Positions 62,630 to 64,000 of a stretch of 64,000 nucleotides of DNA are shown piece by piece. The DNA lies in NCBI GenBank assembly GCA_000708835.1, contig DF237229.1, forward strand, positions 1-64,000, read 5' to 3'. The position numbers and the translations under genes were made by a program. How positions within the stretch are numbered: the first letter of the stretch is position 1; the number at the start of each line of letters is the position of its first letter. Source of the stretch: Klebsormidium nitens. Its lineage: Eukaryota > Plantae > Klebsormidiophyceae. The notes below the pieces were generated by a model. That model saw only the letters and a list, made by a program, of their open reading frames with translations. It had not been told where the DNA came from and made no database searches.

Positions 62630-64000
62630 TGCCCCTCGCAGCTGGTAAGACGTGCTAATGTGGGTATACTATGATCTGATTGATTGGACTTCAGATCGCC
62701 TCAATCTTTAGTTGCTATATCGCATCAAGGCCCACTTCACTAGAGGCGCTCTGCAACTAACCCCAATGTAGCTTAAGGTGCATGCAGCAGATTTAGAAGG
62801 TTCAAATGCAAACAGAACCTTGAACTCTTGAACTGTCACGAGACAGAGTCAAAACACTAGTTTCAGTCCTTGCTGATGATAAATGATCGGAGTGAGTCTG
62901 CCTTGGTTGTCTAGCTTCAAAGAATCAGCTCTAACGTTCCGGAACAGCAATGCAACTGCGGTAGATGTCAGGTTCGCATCCTGCGGTGGTTGCAATGATG
63001 GTCCGAAGCTGGGCCAATAGATTGATTGAATTTCAATACGTGACTCTCGCGCCCCTCGTGCCCCAAATCGAAACCCTGTCCAGGTCCCCTTCCGCTGCAA
63101 GAAGGACAAAAGCAGAATCAGGAAAGCTCGTCAACGCAATCAATAAGATTATTAGAAAGCTGGCAGGGTCTGCAAGAGGAGTAACGTCTGTGCATGTGCC
63201 GTGGATGTAGCTGCGTAGAGCAATGCTACGCAAGGCTACCTATAGTCCTATCTCATGATCCTCCATCGGCAGCAAGTTTACGGGGCTGCAGGGGCGCCTC
63301 AATGGTCAGACTGCTATGACAGGTGGCGGAGTGCATGATGCTCAACGTCAAGCCAAGGCAAATTCGAGCCGGGGGGATCCCTCAAGCGGCGTCTCAGACT
63401 CAGATGACCACACTGGAAGTCCACACTGCGCGCGCGGCTTGTTTCACCGGCCGCGTGCTGGCCGCCCAGCTCGGCGTCCATGCACGGTCACTCGCGCTCA
63501 ATGAAATTCTGACTAGAATGAGCAGCCGTCCCGCCTAGCATGCAGCGTTCCAAGTGCCTGGCCGGCAGAGCTACGGTATATGTTGGAAGCCAGCGCACTT
63601 GATTAAGCTGGCTCGGCCACTCAGGTGACAAATCTTGCAGCTGGGCCGTCTTCATCCTCTTGCCACGTCATGGATATGTGCAACTAGCGCAACAGCTAGT
63701 GACACATAACTTAAGTCAGCAACTGACTGGAAGCAATGCGCATGGGTTGCGATATTGCATAGTACAGAATCTATCGATCCATTGTTGGAGGCAATCACTT
63801 TTCGAGGCTAGGAACTTACATCAGTTCTGACAATGATACACATGCATCTTCATGCGCATGCCACCTTGGCAGGGCTGCACGCAGCTCTCCATATCAGGAT
63901 ATGCACATGCATAGTAACTGTCCCGCTCGAATCGCAGACTGCCTGCAACTATGTGCGCAATGCAGACCCTAACTTGCTGGTGGTTTGCTTGGATCTCCTC

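Overview
Eukaryotic nuclear DNA with spliceosomal GT-AG introns and GC3-rich exons. The plant-like gene content plus algal features suggests a streptophyte green alga such as Klebsormidium (inference). I see no rRNA, tRNA, CRISPR array or prophage. About 15 protein-coding loci were reconstructed by hand from splice sites and reading-frame phase. In order they are a double-AP2 transcription factor, a GIY-YIG-NFU fusion, a group IVb-like CNGC, an ATX1/CCH copper chaperone, N-myristoyltransferase, U1A/U2B'', an OTU deubiquitinase, an unknown low-complexity protein, an intronless F-box-like protein, PUS7/TruD, a FYVE-ankyrin protein, a bacterial-type ArsC/LMW-PTP, a disrupted F-box/LRR pseudogene, CPSFL1 (Sec14) and a divergent cytochrome c. 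Non-coding features include a complete PIF/Harbinger (Tourist-like) MITE with a TAA target-site duplication, a 3x ~118-bp tandem repeat, a decayed tandem exon duplicate inside PUS7, and two assembly gaps. Genes alternate strand almost perfectly. Every convergent 3'-3' junction carries a ~0.4-1 kb block rich in short palindromes (CATG, TGCA, GCTAGC, TACGTA, ATCGAT). The best leads are the intron-containing bacterial-type ArsC, the remodelled cytochrome c and these palindrome blocks.
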